Virus record (IMG/VR): IMGVR_UViG_3300020171_000034
Span: 1 to 55,315 of that record
Source: a virus
Lineage: Duplodnaviria; Caudoviricetes
Strand: one strand, 5' to 3'
DNA length: 55,315 bases
Shown here: positions 45,868 to 55,315 of the stretch, one piece after another
How positions within the stretch are numbered: position 1 is the stretch's first letter
Layout of the letters: every line of letters begins with the position of its first letter
The notes under the pieces: model-generated
Told to the model about the DNA's origin: nothing
Database searches by the model: none
What the model saw: only the letters and a program-made list of their open reading frames with translations
Position numbers and translations under genes: made by a program

Positions 45868-46050
45868 ATGCGTGTGACACATAGTTTTGGGGTTTCAGGT
45901 TTTCAGCCTGGTTCATGTTGGAAAGAGTGTGCAAGATGTGGGTTTGATTATCGTATTGAGGAACTTAAGGAAGATGGGGTAACGAAAGCACTTGTTTGCC
46001 CATCGTGTTATGACGCAAAACACCCACTGGATAAAAAAAGGGAATTATGA
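45868..46050 (+). CDS. Small Zn-binding protein
   Basis: CARCGF..VCPSCYDAKHP. Confidence 0.6.
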   Translation: MRVTHSFGVSGFQPGSCWKECARCGFDYRIEELKEDGVTKALVCPSCYDAKHPLDKKREL

Positions 46051-46472
46051 AAAAGTCTTTGCATGGATTGCATCAACTTTGTAGAGTGTGTGGTCAAAAA
46101 CTGAATATAGGACAGAATTGGACAAAGCACCGCAGAAGTCTTTATGATTATGTTTGTAAAAGTTGTTCTACGCTTTCGTCATCCCAGTATTATGCAACAC
46201 CAGCGAGCAGGTTTGGAGCGTATAAAAGGAATGCTGGGTATCGTGGACATGTTTTTTCCTTAACATGGGAGGAATTTAAAGGTTTTTGGGGGAAAAGTTG
46301 CACATTTTGTGGTTCATCCATTCAAACAATAGGGCTTGACCGTATAGACAGCAAAGTTGGTTATGTGTTGGGGAATGTGGTGTCGTGTTGTTGGATATGT
46401 AACAAGATGAAGTCTGATTTACCACAAGACGTGTTTATTTCACAGTGCAAAAAGATATCGGAGGTGAATTAA
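46047..46472 (+). CDS. HNH-like endonuclease
   Basis: CTFCG..GLDRIDS..GY..GNVVSCCWICNKMK. Confidence 0.7.
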   Translation: MKKSLHGLHQLCRVCGQKLNIGQNWTKHRRSLYDYVCKSCSTLSSSQYYATPASRFGAYKRNAGYRGHVFSLTWEEFKGFWGKSCTFCGSSIQTIGLDRIDSKVGYVLGNVVSCCWICNKMKSDLPQDVFISQCKKISEVN

Positions 46473-46473
46473 T

Positions 46474-47367
46474 ATGGCTATACCTACTGCACCAACATTG
46501 GATTCTCTTGTTTCTGAAGCTTTGAATAAAGCAGGACATTCTGCTCCTGATGCTGCACTTACTACAAGAGCAAAAAATTTGTGGATGGAGGAAATCAAAA
46601 ATGACATCTTTCTTGCATCAGCAAAAGTGCAGAAGAAGATGAAGTCATTATTCCAAACATCTTTCCTTGTCTGCACTGTTGGTGTCCATCGTTACTCACT
46701 TCCTTCTGACTATGGTGGAGACCTCACGATGTCTATTCTTAATGGAGACACAACAGGGATAGCTCAAACTGGCACCACAAGTTCAATAACACTTGCTTCC
46801 ACAGACACTTCCACAGAGACTGCGATTGTAGGCAAATATATTATAATCACTTCTGGAACAGCGAAAGGGAGTTGCTCACAAATATCAGCATACAATGAAA
46901 CCACCTTTATCGCAACCGTGACACCAAACTTTACCGTAGCACCTGTTGCACTTGACACATACAGAATCATAACAGAACACATATACCTTCCTCCTACAAA
47001 CACACTTCAAATAGATGTGTTAAGAAACCCAACAACATCAGGCAAGCCCACAACCTACGCCACACTTGGAGACCAAGACTATGGTGAGTTTTTCTTTGAC
47101 TTTGTCCCAGACGCCACTTACGGCATCCAGCTTCGTTACTATGTAGATTTATCTTTGACTGACCTTGCAGGAATACGTATCTCTACCCTTTATAGAAAGT
47201 GGAGAAATGTTTTCCTTCAAGGTGTTTATGCCAAAGCTCTTAGCGAGCTTCATGACACAAAAGCAAGGGATGAAACAGGAAAGTATTTTGAATACCTTGC
47301 TCTTCTTATACTGGATGAAACATCTGGGCAGGACTTGGGAGAGATTCAATTTCAAATAGATAGGTAA
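46474..47367 (+). CDS. Head-tail adaptor (tail tubular A-like)
   Basis: YSLPSDY, GKPTTY, VPDATY motifs; position after capsid genes. Confidence 0.6.
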   Translation: MAIPTAPTLDSLVSEALNKAGHSAPDAALTTRAKNLWMEEIKNDIFLASAKVQKKMKSLFQTSFLVCTVGVHRYSLPSDYGGDLTMSILNGDTTGIAQTGTTSSITLASTDTSTETAIVGKYIIITSGTAKGSCSQISAYNETTFIATVTPNFTVAPVALDTYRIITEHIYLPPTNTLQIDVLRNPTTSGKPTTYATLGDQDYGEFFFDFVPDATYGIQLRYYVDLSLTDLAGIRISTLYRKWRNVFLQGVYAKALSELHDTKARDETGKYFEYLALLILDETSGQDLGEIQFQIDR

Positions 47368-47379
47368 ACAGGAGATGAT

Positions 47380-47583
47380 ATGGACTATGGAATGGTAAGT
47401 TCAGTTGTAGGTGGTGTTGTAGGAACTCAAATTCTTGTTAGAATTGTGTGGAAATATTTAGAGAACAGGAAAAGTAATCCTGGTAATCATTTTGAAGTTT
47501 TGATTGAGAAACTATCTGGTCTTGAATCCAGATTAATTGATAAGTTAAATGTCATACATGATGACCTTAGGGGGTTAAAATGA
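47380..47583 (+). CDS. Small membrane protein before endolysin
   Basis: N-terminal TM, coiled tail; coupled to endolysin. Confidence 0.6.
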   Translation: MDYGMVSSVVGGVVGTQILVRIVWKYLENRKSNPGNHFEVLIEKLSGLESRLIDKLNVIHDDLRGLK

Positions 47584-47888
47584 CACTAAGAGAAAAGCAG
47601 AGTCTTTTAATGACTCTTATCCCAAGATTACTTGATGAGATGCACAAGGAGTATCATACCACAGGAGGAGATTTGTGGGCGAGAGATGGGCACAAAGTAA
47701 ACTCAAACCATTATGCTCGTCTTGCGATTGATATAAACCTGTTCTCAAACGAAGGAGCATATTTAACCAACACAGAAGCACATAAGCCTTTTGGCAAGTT
47801 CTGGGAATCCTTGCATCCTTTATGTAGATGGGGTGGGTGGTTTGGTGACGGAAATCATTATAGTATAGACAACAATGGGAGGTCATAA
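47580..47888 (+). CDS. Endolysin, M15-family peptidase (allele B)
   Basis: Near-identical to 174-482. Confidence 0.85.
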   Translation: MTLREKQSLLMTLIPRLLDEMHKEYHTTGGDLWARDGHKVNSNHYARLAIDINLFSNEGAYLTNTEAHKPFGKFWESLHPLCRWGGWFGDGNHYSIDNNGRS

Positions 47889-48331
47889 TGGGAATATCTT
47901 TAGCTAACTTAGACATTGGTGGTTTGTTTTCAGGAATTGGAACTCTGGCAAAAGACATTAGAACTGCAATAACTGGGAAAGAACCAATAGACGCCACGAA
48001 GGCTGCAGAGATAGCATTAAAGCTTCAGGAGTTGGAAGCGTCTATAGAACAAGGAAGGACTGCCATAATAGTGGCAGAAGCATCCAGCCAAGATAAGTGG
48101 ACATCAAGGGCAAGACCTGCATTTCTTTATGTCGTTTACATCTACATCCTTGCTGCTTTTCCAATGGGATTAATATTCGCCTTTGCTCCAGAACAGGCTA
48201 AGAATATAACCACAGGTGTGACTGCATGGTTAAACTCTATCCCTGATTCAATGTGGGTGTTGTTTGGTTCTGGTTATCTTGGTTATGTTGGTGCAAGAAG
48301 TTATGACAAAAAGAAAGGAACAGCAAGATAA
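47888..48331 (+). CDS. 3TM-type holin (allele B)
   Basis: AEASSQDKWTSRARP..TM..YLGYVGARSYDK. Confidence 0.75.
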   Translation: MGISLANLDIGGLFSGIGTLAKDIRTAITGKEPIDATKAAEIALKLQELEASIEQGRTAIIVAEASSQDKWTSRARPAFLYVVYIYILAAFPMGLIFAFAPEQAKNITTGVTAWLNSIPDSMWVLFGSGYLGYVGARSYDKKKGTAR

Positions 48332-48363
48332 TGGCATGCAATAGAATAAAGGAGGAGTAAAAA

Positions 48364-49206
48364 ATGGCTTATCTTCAGATTACAAACCGTGCGAGTTCAA
48401 CACTGGCTGCGTCAATCGTTGCTGCGGATGTTTCTTTAAGTGTTGCAGCAGGTGGTGGGGCTTTATTCCCTGCTTCTAACTTTGCTATTACTATTGAGAA
48501 TGAGAGGATTTTGGTTGGCACAAGAACCATTGATGCTTTTACATCCTTAACCAGAGGTTATGATGGGACAGTTGCAGCAGACCATGCTTCTGGAACTGCG
48601 GTTGAATTAAGGGTTATTGCAAAGCATATTACAGAACTTCAGACTGGGAAACAAGACTTGGATGCAACCTTAACCAGCCTTGCAGCACTTGGCACAGCAG
48701 CAGATAAGATAGCTTATACGACAGGTGTGGATACATGGGCTGAAGCAGCTATAACAGCAATAGGCAGATTAGCACTTACTGGTAGTTTGCCCAAATTCTC
48801 AGCTCATAAAGACGGAACTAACCAAACAGGAATTGTTACTGGAACTTGGACAAAAATAACATTCACCACAGAGGAATATGATGTTGGTTCAGCATATGAT
48901 GCGGCTAATTCAAAATGGGTGCCTGGAATTATAGGCAAGGGACATATTGATGCGACTATTCATTGGACAACAATGCCAGACCAGGGGGAAATGCACTTAA
49001 CTGTTTATAAAAACGGTGTTTTATATAAAAGGGTTCAGAATTTTGCCTCTGTTGCAGACTCATTTAGCCACCATATAAGTTGTGATGTGCTTGTGGATGC
49101 TGTTACAGATTATTTTGAGGTTTATGCATTGCAAAACTCAGGTACTGATAAAATAATTAGTGGGAGTATAAACCTTGCAACATTTAATGGACATATGCTG
49201 TTGTGA
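48364..49206 (+). CDS. Tail fibre with C1q/TNF-like tip (allele B)
   Basis: N-terminus shared with 1465-2433; FSAH..TWTKITF..EEYD..VYKNG..DYFEVY..FNG. Confidence 0.7.
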   Translation: MAYLQITNRASSTLAASIVAADVSLSVAAGGGALFPASNFAITIENERILVGTRTIDAFTSLTRGYDGTVAADHASGTAVELRVIAKHITELQTGKQDLDATLTSLAALGTAADKIAYTTGVDTWAEAAITAIGRLALTGSLPKFSAHKDGTNQTGIVTGTWTKITFTTEEYDVGSAYDAANSKWVPGIIGKGHIDATIHWTTMPDQGEMHLTVYKNGVLYKRVQNFASVADSFSHHISCDVLVDAVTDYFEVYALQNSGTDKIISGSINLATFNGHMLL

Positions 49207-49243
49207 TGAATATAATAATTCAGACATTACAGGAGATATTAAG

Positions 49244-49555
49244 ATGAACCGGAACTCAAAATATAATCCACTGGGCAATTTTGATGAGCCGATGCCACCC
49301 GCTGAAAAGTGGACTGGCAAACCACAATGGATAAGGTGGATATTATGGATGGTTAGAAATCCATTCCATAATTTCATGTTCTACTGGATTGGCTTCAAAG
49401 ACCGCAACCTTGACTATACGCAGATGTGGAATACAAAGCAGTCGTGGAATCTGGTCTTACCGTTTATCTCAAAGAAGTTTAAGTCAGGATGGGAGTTTTA
49501 CATTGGCTGGAGACCTGATACTCGGAGTTTTGGCATGGCGTTGAGGAGGAAATAA
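49244..49555 (+). CDS. Trp-rich hypothetical protein
   Basis: W..RNPFHNF..WIG, FYIGW; GGAG RBS. Confidence 0.6.
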   Translation: MNRNSKYNPLGNFDEPMPPAEKWTGKPQWIRWILWMVRNPFHNFMFYWIGFKDRNLDYTQMWNTKQSWNLVLPFISKKFKSGWEFYIGWRPDTRSFGMALRRK

Positions 49556-49657
49556 ATGTTTGACTCTGCACGATATGACCAGATAACTTACGATAGAGTA
49601 GCATCACTTTCAATCTCTGTATCTGAATGTATAGATGCAGAGGTTACATTATTATAG
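49556..49657 (+). CDS. 33-aa ORF homologous to the N-terminus of 2646-3380
   Basis: MFDSARYDQITYD vs MFDSPRYDQLAYD. Confidence 0.55.
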   Translation: MFDSARYDQITYDRVASLSISVSECIDAEVTLL

Positions 49658-49669
49658 GAGGAGGTTCAA

Positions 49670-50143
49670 ATGAACAAAGACAGAGTAAAAATCAAAGGGT
49701 TCTCAAGAGTTGCACTCGTTGAGAATGGGAAAATCGTTGGGGATTCTGGTTTTGTTGGTCCGAATCAGGTAACCAATCTTGGGTTTCTTAACTTTCTTGT
49801 CCGTCTGCTTGGTGCATCGGCAGGTTCAAGCCAGATAGGTTTCGTTGCATTAGGAACTGGTGGTGTTCCAGCGACTGGTGATGTAGTCTTGGCGGGTGAG
49901 ATTATGGGAAGCACAAAGCGGCAAGCCGTAACTTATGCTAATGTAGGTTCTACAACCGCACAATTTACAGCATCATTCATGTCAAGTGCTTCGTTTATCT
50001 CAGCAGCAGCAAACATCAGCAATGTAGGACTATTCGCAGCAACAACAACTGCCGCCACATTGTTTGCTGGCAACACTTATGCTTCAAGCACGCTGAACAC
50101 GAATCAGGATGTTTACACGACTTACCAAATCCGTTTCAGTTAA
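49670..50143 (+). CDS. Putative tail/virion structural protein
   Basis: NQVTNLG, FVALGTG, ISNVGLF, TYQIRF; analogous to 1091-1450. Confidence 0.6.
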   Translation: MNKDRVKIKGFSRVALVENGKIVGDSGFVGPNQVTNLGFLNFLVRLLGASAGSSQIGFVALGTGGVPATGDVVLAGEIMGSTKRQAVTYANVGSTTAQFTASFMSSASFISAAANISNVGLFAATTTAATLFAGNTYASSTLNTNQDVYTTYQIRFS

Positions 50144-50151
50144 GGAGTGAT

Positions 50152-50643
50152 ATGACATCAAGTATTAGGAAACTCATCAGAGCCAAAGGTGGGATTACAC
50201 TTGACATTGGCTGTGGTGAAAACAAGCAACCTAACTTTATTGGTATGGATAAGCGAAAAGTTAAGGGAGTGGATATAGTTCATGACCTTGAGTTATTTCC
50301 TTATCCTTTGCCCGAAAATTGTTGCTTGACCATAGTGGGTTCTCACATCATTGAACACATTAAGCCCTGGCTAACCATAGACTTCTTCAATGAGTTATGG
50401 CGAATCATGAAGCCCAACGGTCAACTTGCCTTATCAACACCTTATGCTGGCTCTACAGGATTCTGGCAAGACCCAACCCATTGTAACGGTTTTAATCAGG
50501 CTACATTTCAATACTTTGACCCTGATTATCCATTGTATCAGATTTATAAACCCAAGCCCTGGAGGATTGAAAAAGGTTTCCCTGTATGGCAATTAACAGG
50601 TAATTTAGAAGTAGTAATGAGGAAACATGAAGAAAAAATATAA
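50152..50643 (+). CDS. Class I SAM-dependent methyltransferase
   Basis: LDIGCG, SHIIEHI, ELWRIMKPNG, DPTH. Confidence 0.85.
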   Translation: MTSSIRKLIRAKGGITLDIGCGENKQPNFIGMDKRKVKGVDIVHDLELFPYPLPENCCLTIVGSHIIEHIKPWLTIDFFNELWRIMKPNGQLALSTPYAGSTGFWQDPTHCNGFNQATFQYFDPDYPLYQIYKPKPWRIEKGFPVWQLTGNLEVVMRKHEEKI

Positions 50644-51436
50644 AGATAACTATAGCGGGGATTTGATTGTCTCCTCAGAGAATATGACGAAAAGAATTAT
50701 GGTAGGGATACCAATGACAGGGTTACTTCGGTCTGAATGGGTAATAGCACGCTATGGGCAGGTAATCCCCTGTAACTGGTCTCAGGTTGATTGCTTACAT
50801 TGGCTTGACCAATGCTCACCGCTTAGTTTTCTTGTAGCTGATGCGAGGAATGTTGTAGTGCAGAAATGTATTGAACAGGATTTTGAATGGCTTTTCTTTA
50901 TTGACCATGATGTGATTTTACCACCAACCACTATCTTGAAAATTAATGAGAGGATGCTTGCAAACAAAATACCAATGTGGTCTGGACTATACTTTACAAA
51001 GAGTGTGCCAAGTGAACCATTAGTTTATAGGGGTAGAGGAAACAGTTATTACACCAAATGGAAGATGGGAGATGAGGTTTGGGTGGATGGTATTCCAATG
51101 GGTTGCACTTTAATACATAATTCTATTTTAAAGGTGTTGTGGAATGAAAGCGAAGAATATATTGTATCCAATTTAAAGGTGAGGAAGGTTTTTGAGACTC
51201 CTGCAAAAACCTATTATGACCCCCAAAAACTTGAATGGTTTAATGTAACAGGCACTGAAGATTTAACTCTATGTTCAAGAATTAAAAGAGAGGGTGTTTT
51301 AAAGAAAGCTGGCTGGTCTGAATATCAGAAAAAAGAATATCCATTTATGATTGATACTGGTATTTTCTGTAAACATATTGATTGGAATGGTGTCCAATAT
51401 CCATCTCGGGGCGAGGAGAGGTATTTTATAAAATGA
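50627..51436 (+). CDS. GT-A fold (GT2-like) glycosyltransferase
   Basis: IMVGIP, ARN, WLFFIDHD (DxD), MGCTLI, TED, C.H. Confidence 0.8.
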   Translation: MKKKYKDNYSGDLIVSSENMTKRIMVGIPMTGLLRSEWVIARYGQVIPCNWSQVDCLHWLDQCSPLSFLVADARNVVVQKCIEQDFEWLFFIDHDVILPPTTILKINERMLANKIPMWSGLYFTKSVPSEPLVYRGRGNSYYTKWKMGDEVWVDGIPMGCTLIHNSILKVLWNESEEYIVSNLKVRKVFETPAKTYYDPQKLEWFNVTGTEDLTLCSRIKREGVLKKAGWSEYQKKEYPFMIDTGIFCKHIDWNGVQYPSRGEERYFIK

Positions 51437-52782
51437 TTTATGTAAATGAAAACATAGAAATCAGAATAACACCTCTAAGAGCGAATGTCTATGACTCTGT
51501 AGCTATTCAAGAGCAAGTTGATGCTATAGTTAAGCAGTTATTACTTTCTGTCTTAGACAATGTATCACTTTCAGAAGACACACAAAATTTTATTAAGCAA
51601 TTATATCTTTCTACTTTAGATGATATTACAGTTCAGGAAAGTATTAAAAAACTTCTTAGTGCAAACATTTCTGTTTCAGACAATATATCTATTCAAGAAA
51701 GTATTGAAAGTCTCTTTGGGCAATTATTTTCATCTGTCTCAGACAATGTAAGCATTACTGAATCTTTGTCTGCTTTAGTTACTCCACTTGTAGTAAATGT
51801 TAATGAAATTGTAACGATTGTTGAATCTATTACAAAGTTATTAAGTTCCAACATATCAGTTTCAGATAACGTTACAGTTCAGGAGAATGTTACAAGTCTC
51901 ATAGCTCAATTAAAGTTAGACATTCAAGACACGATTAGTCTTTCAGAAAATCTATCCACCATACTTCAACAGCTTAAAATATCACTAAGTGATAACGTAT
52001 CACTTTCAGAAGACACCCAATCTTGTATTCAACAATTATTAACAGCAGTTCTTGATAATGTTTCAGTCCAAGAAAGTGTTGATGTTTCTACTTTTGTTGC
52101 TCAACTCTTGGTTGATGTTATTGATAATGTTGTTTTATCTGAAGATACTAATTTCTTCATTACACAATTACTTTTAAGCACGGCTGATAATGTTGTTACC
52201 TCAGAAAATGTAAATGGTTTAATTGCTCAGTTACATCTAAATATTGACGATTCTGTAACAGTTCAGGAAGACATCCAGAATATTTTAGCTATGTATTTGA
52301 ATGTTAATGTTTATGATTCTGCTACTGTTCAGGAGAATGTCCAAAGGCTTATCGCTCAGTTGAAGTTAAGTGTTTATGACTCTACTACTGTTCAGGAGAC
52401 AATCCAGAACCGTCTTGGTCAATTTTATTTAAGTGTTAATGACCCTATAACTGTTCAAGAGAACATTCAAAAGCTTTTAGCTATGTATTTGAATGTTCAT
52501 GATTCTGTTGCTATACAGGAAAGCGTCCAAACTCTTATAACCTTACTTTTAAGTGTTCATGACTCTATTACCATTCAAGAGAGTTTTTGGGTGGATGCTG
52601 ATATTTGGAGAAAACAAAAGTCTGTCTCAGACACATGGCTTACACAGGGATTGGTTACAGATGCATGGAAGGAAAAACAACCAGTATTGGATACATGGAA
52701 GGAGCAAGAAGGTGTTTCAGACACATTCAAATCCCAAACCGATGCATCAGACACTTGGACAAAGGAAGGTGAATCTCAATGA
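51433..52782 (+). CDS. Ser/Thr-rich ~22-aa repeat putative virion protein (allele B)
   Basis: Repeated LSV.D.V.V.E units; C-terminal DTW repeats and FKSQTDA shared with 2646-3380. Confidence 0.65.
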   Translation: MIYVNENIEIRITPLRANVYDSVAIQEQVDAIVKQLLLSVLDNVSLSEDTQNFIKQLYLSTLDDITVQESIKKLLSANISVSDNISIQESIESLFGQLFSSVSDNVSITESLSALVTPLVVNVNEIVTIVESITKLLSSNISVSDNVTVQENVTSLIAQLKLDIQDTISLSENLSTILQQLKISLSDNVSLSEDTQSCIQQLLTAVLDNVSVQESVDVSTFVAQLLVDVIDNVVLSEDTNFFITQLLLSTADNVVTSENVNGLIAQLHLNIDDSVTVQEDIQNILAMYLNVNVYDSATVQENVQRLIAQLKLSVYDSTTVQETIQNRLGQFYLSVNDPITVQENIQKLLAMYLNVHDSVAIQESVQTLITLLLSVHDSITIQESFWVDADIWRKQKSVSDTWLTQGLVTDAWKEKQPVLDTWKEQEGVSDTFKSQTDASDTWTKEGESQ

Positions 52783-55315
52783 TAGGACACACAACAAAAA
52801 GTGGTAAGGTTGTTGACACCCCACCCAAAAGAATACCCTTCACTGGTGGGGTAAACAAAGCCATAGAAAGAGCCTTACTCACAGGTTTCTCTGACAAAAA
52901 CAATCTCAGAGACATGCACCCTGGGTTTAAGTCCCGAATGGGTCAAACAAGACTCCACACCACAACAGACTCTGCACAGGAAATTTACAACATTTTCCAG
53001 CAGGTTGATAAAGCAGGCAATCATAACCTTTATGCCCAGAGGGCAGATGGTGCGGTGCATAAAGCCACAAACGCACCTCCAACACCCACAACAGGTAATT
53101 TCGGCACAGAAGTCTTGGCTGCAAAAGCAAGCACAAAGGTGGCATCGGTTTCAATGTTGGATGACAATTTAATCTATTCTGATGGCAAAAGAGGACATCA
53201 GGTTTATGCGGGCGCAGGACAGATGATTAAAGGTTTTCATGTTTACAAAGGTTCTGCTGCAATCCCAGTCATTCCTGAAATTGGAGAGGATTATACTAAT
53301 GAGGTAACTGATTCAGATACTTCAAGGGTTGCAGTTTTAAATTCCCTCAACACTCTTGCAGCTTATAACGCCTTTTATGTCTGCACAGAAGTTCCTTCTG
53401 ATTCTTTGACACTTACAATGGTTAATCTTAATACCACAGCTTCTGCCTTAGCAGGGCAGTATTGGAAGTCAGATGGAACATGGGCATCTTTGGCAGGTTT
53501 GTCAGATGGGACATCTGAAGCAGGCGGGCTTACTTTGGGCAAATCTGGAATAATCACATGGACACACCCCACAGACGAAATCCCTCACTTTCAGTTTGGC
53601 AGAACAGGTTATTGGTATCGTTTCAATGTCTCAGTTCAGTTGGATGCAACAGTTTCCATAGCACAGGTTGTTTACACAGGAGACTGGAAGCCTATGGTGA
53701 ATGTTTGGGATGGTGGTTTAGCTCCTATTGCTGAAGCCCAAACCTACAAAGCGTTAAGTTTAAAATACCAGTCTTATTCATACAACGCAATAAACATCGC
53801 AGGGTTGTTTAACAATGCAGACGATTATGTATATTTTGGTGCTCTTGAAAAGTTATGTGGTGCTTACGTTTTTGTTTCCAACACCCCCAACATTATTAAA
53901 GCAGTCAGCACAGGAAGTAGTGATATAAGTTTTGTAGATGGGGGAACAGGTGATGATTCTATCACATGGCAACAAGCACGATTTGACTTAGATGGCTTTG
54001 AAGAAGGTCAATCTATTGTAATCACAGGAACGACAAGCAACAATGCCACAAGAAAAGCAAAGTCTGTTTCATATAACAGAATCTATGTTGAAACAGGAAC
54101 ATTGACAGCTGAGACTTTACAGAGTGCAACATTAACCTTTGACAACACAGCCACCAACACAATGACTTTTGAAGTCTGGACTGGAGCTGGTTGGGTTGCT
54201 GTATCCAACCTGAATGATGGTTCAACAGTAGCCTCAAAGTCTGGTTTTGTAACATTCTCCCGCACCACCACAGCACAGAAAACCCAATTTAACAACAGTG
54301 CATTCTATGCATACTGGTATCGGTTTAAGTTCGGCAAAGTGGCATCACGCCATGCTCAAATCTCTATAGAAGGTATGCCATTCTACGACATTGCAGACTT
54401 TGGAAATGGTCTTTGCAACACAACATGGCAGGATAGACCTGTTTTGTCTTTTGACAAATACGGAAACTTTGTTTACATTGGAACAACAGATAGGGTAAAT
54501 TGCATTAATGGGGCAAACTCAATGCCCTTTAGAGTAAGCGATGATGGAAGAGCGAATAAAGTTATAGCCATGACTCCATTCTTTCAGCATTTAATGTTAT
54601 GGCAAGAGGAGATAGGAATGAAAGGTGGAAGTGTCACCTTAATCCAGGGATACAATCCTGAAACATTCCAGAAATACACAATCTCAGGAGATATAGGAAT
54701 TGTAAATTCAAAAGCCTACGCAACGGTGGATGGTGTTCCTACACCCCAGAGTCCAAAAGCATCAAATGCCAAGATGGTTTATTGGATTTCAAGAAAGGGT
54801 GTGTATGCAACTGATGGGATATGTGCAGTGTGTGTCAGTGACCCTGTGAAGATGTATTTTGACTCAACCGACACAACAAATTGTATTCGGGATGGGTATG
54901 AAGAAAAGCATTGGTTGAAGTATGATTCAACATGTAAAGGTTTAAGGATAGGACTTTGCACAGGAGCTTCTGCAACAGTGGCTAACACGTTTCTTTTCTA
55001 TAGTGTTGAAGATGGTTCGTGGGGGACAGACACACTTGGTCAAGCACTGACCTGCATAACAGAAGTTGAAGCTGCAAGTGGAGCTATTACAGTTCTGCAA
55101 TGTGGTGGGGGTTCTGATGGTTTTGTTTACAAACTGAATACAGGATTAGATGATGTAGGAGCTTCAACGGTGGCGGTTAATTCTTTCCTTACGCTTGAGG
55201 TAGATGGTGCAGGAGGAAAGATTGATGCAAAGACTCTTCAGGTTAGGTGTAAAGCACAGGGGGCAGGAAGTATCACTCCTTCAATAGCTTTTGAAGGAAA
55301 TACAACATATACCAA
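52779..55315 (+). CDS. Tail nozzle protein (allele B), 3'-truncated by window end
   Basis: MIGHTTKSGKVVDTPPKR...; collinear with 4741-7479. Confidence 0.85.
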   Translation, partial: MIGHTTKSGKVVDTPPKRIPFTGGVNKAIERALLTGFSDKNNLRDMHPGFKSRMGQTRLHTTTDSAQEIYNIFQQVDKAGNHNLYAQRADGAVHKATNAPPTPTTGNFGTEVLAAKASTKVASVSMLDDNLIYSDGKRGHQVYAGAGQMIKGFHVYKGSAAIPVIPEIGEDYTNEVTDSDTSRVAVLNSLNTLAAYNAFYVCTEVPSDSLTLTMVNLNTTASALAGQYWKSDGTWASLAGLSDGTSEAGGLTLGKSGIITWTHPTDEIPHFQFGRTGYWYRFNVSVQLDATVSIAQVVYTGDWKPMVNVWDGGLAPIAEAQTYKALSLKYQSYSYNAINIAGLFNNADDYVYFGALEKLCGAYVFVSNTPNIIKAVSTGSSDISFVDGGTGDDSITWQQARFDLDGFEEGQSIVITGTTSNNATRKAKSVSYNRIYVETGTLTAETLQSATLTFDNTATNTMTFEVWTGAGWVAVSNLNDGSTVASKSGFVTFSRTTTAQKTQFNNSAFYAYWYRFKFGKVASRHAQISIEGMPFYDIADFGNGLCNTTWQDRPVLSFDKYGNFVYIGTTDRVNCINGANSMPFRVSDDGRANKVIAMTPFFQHLMLWQEEIGMKGGSVTLIQGYNPETFQKYTISGDIGIVNSKAYATVDGVPTPQSPKASNAKMVYWISRKGVYATDGICAVCVSDPVKMYFDSTDTTNCIRDGYEEKHWLKYDSTCKGLRIGLCTGASATVANTFLFYSVEDGSWGTDTLGQALTCITEVEAASGAITVLQCGGGSDGFVYKLNTGLDDVGASTVAVNSFLTLEVDGAGGKIDAKTLQVRCKAQGAGSITPSIAFEGNTTYT

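Larger units (their letters stand above)
1..47406. mobile_element. One genome-length unit of a podovirus-like tailed phage
   Basis: Terminase, portal, scaffold, capsid, adaptor, nozzle, ejection, lysis and replication genes in two divergent arms; no tape measure or sheath recognised; window start recurs at 47407. Confidence 0.9.
47407..55315 (+). repeat. Diverged second version (allele B) of lysis/tail region 1-~7290
   Basis: Collinear homologous segments separated by allele-specific genes. Confidence 0.9.

Noticed and set aside
47407-55315. Diversity-generating retroelement explaining the A/B fibre variants
   Set aside because: No reverse transcriptase; differences involve all bases and whole-gene swaps, not adenine-specific TR/VR changes
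1-55315. Prophage with host flanks, tRNA or rRNA genes
   Set aside because: No integrase, att-flanked host genes, cloverleaf or rRNA-like sequence recognised

Overview
The window holds what appears to be one complete ~47.4-kb unit of a podovirus-like dsDNA phage, followed by a second, diverged version of its lysis/tail region. Bases 1-105 recur exactly at 47407-47511 (period 47,406 bp). The + strand arm (35.2 kb to 47.4 kb, continuing through 1-16 kb) encodes terminase, portal, GroES, scaffold, capsid, adaptor, lysis, tail fibres, nozzle and ejection proteins, including a 2181-aa polyvalent-type protein. The - strand arm (34.9 kb down to 16 kb) encodes early and replication genes: UDG-PolA fusion, intein-containing DUF3987-like ATPase, ParB-DNA methyltransferase, Sak4-like ATPase, Cas4-like nuclease and a stand-alone TSCPD-like protein. 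No integrase, repressor, primase, reverse transcriptase, tRNA or CRISPR array was recognised. Most notable: (1) two integron attC-like sites delimiting a gene cassette in the early region with no integrase in the window; (2) two allelic tail modules with swapped holin and fibre tip, a shared 15-bp junction motif, relics of earlier alleles, and a methyltransferase plus glycosyltransferase block splitting a repeat-protein gene; (3) a 312-bp mirror-symmetric origin-like element; (4) two candidate structured RNAs; (5) strong depletion of 4-bp palindromes. All calls are from reading motifs by eye; no searches were run, and the A/B duplication may be an assembly chimera of two strains.
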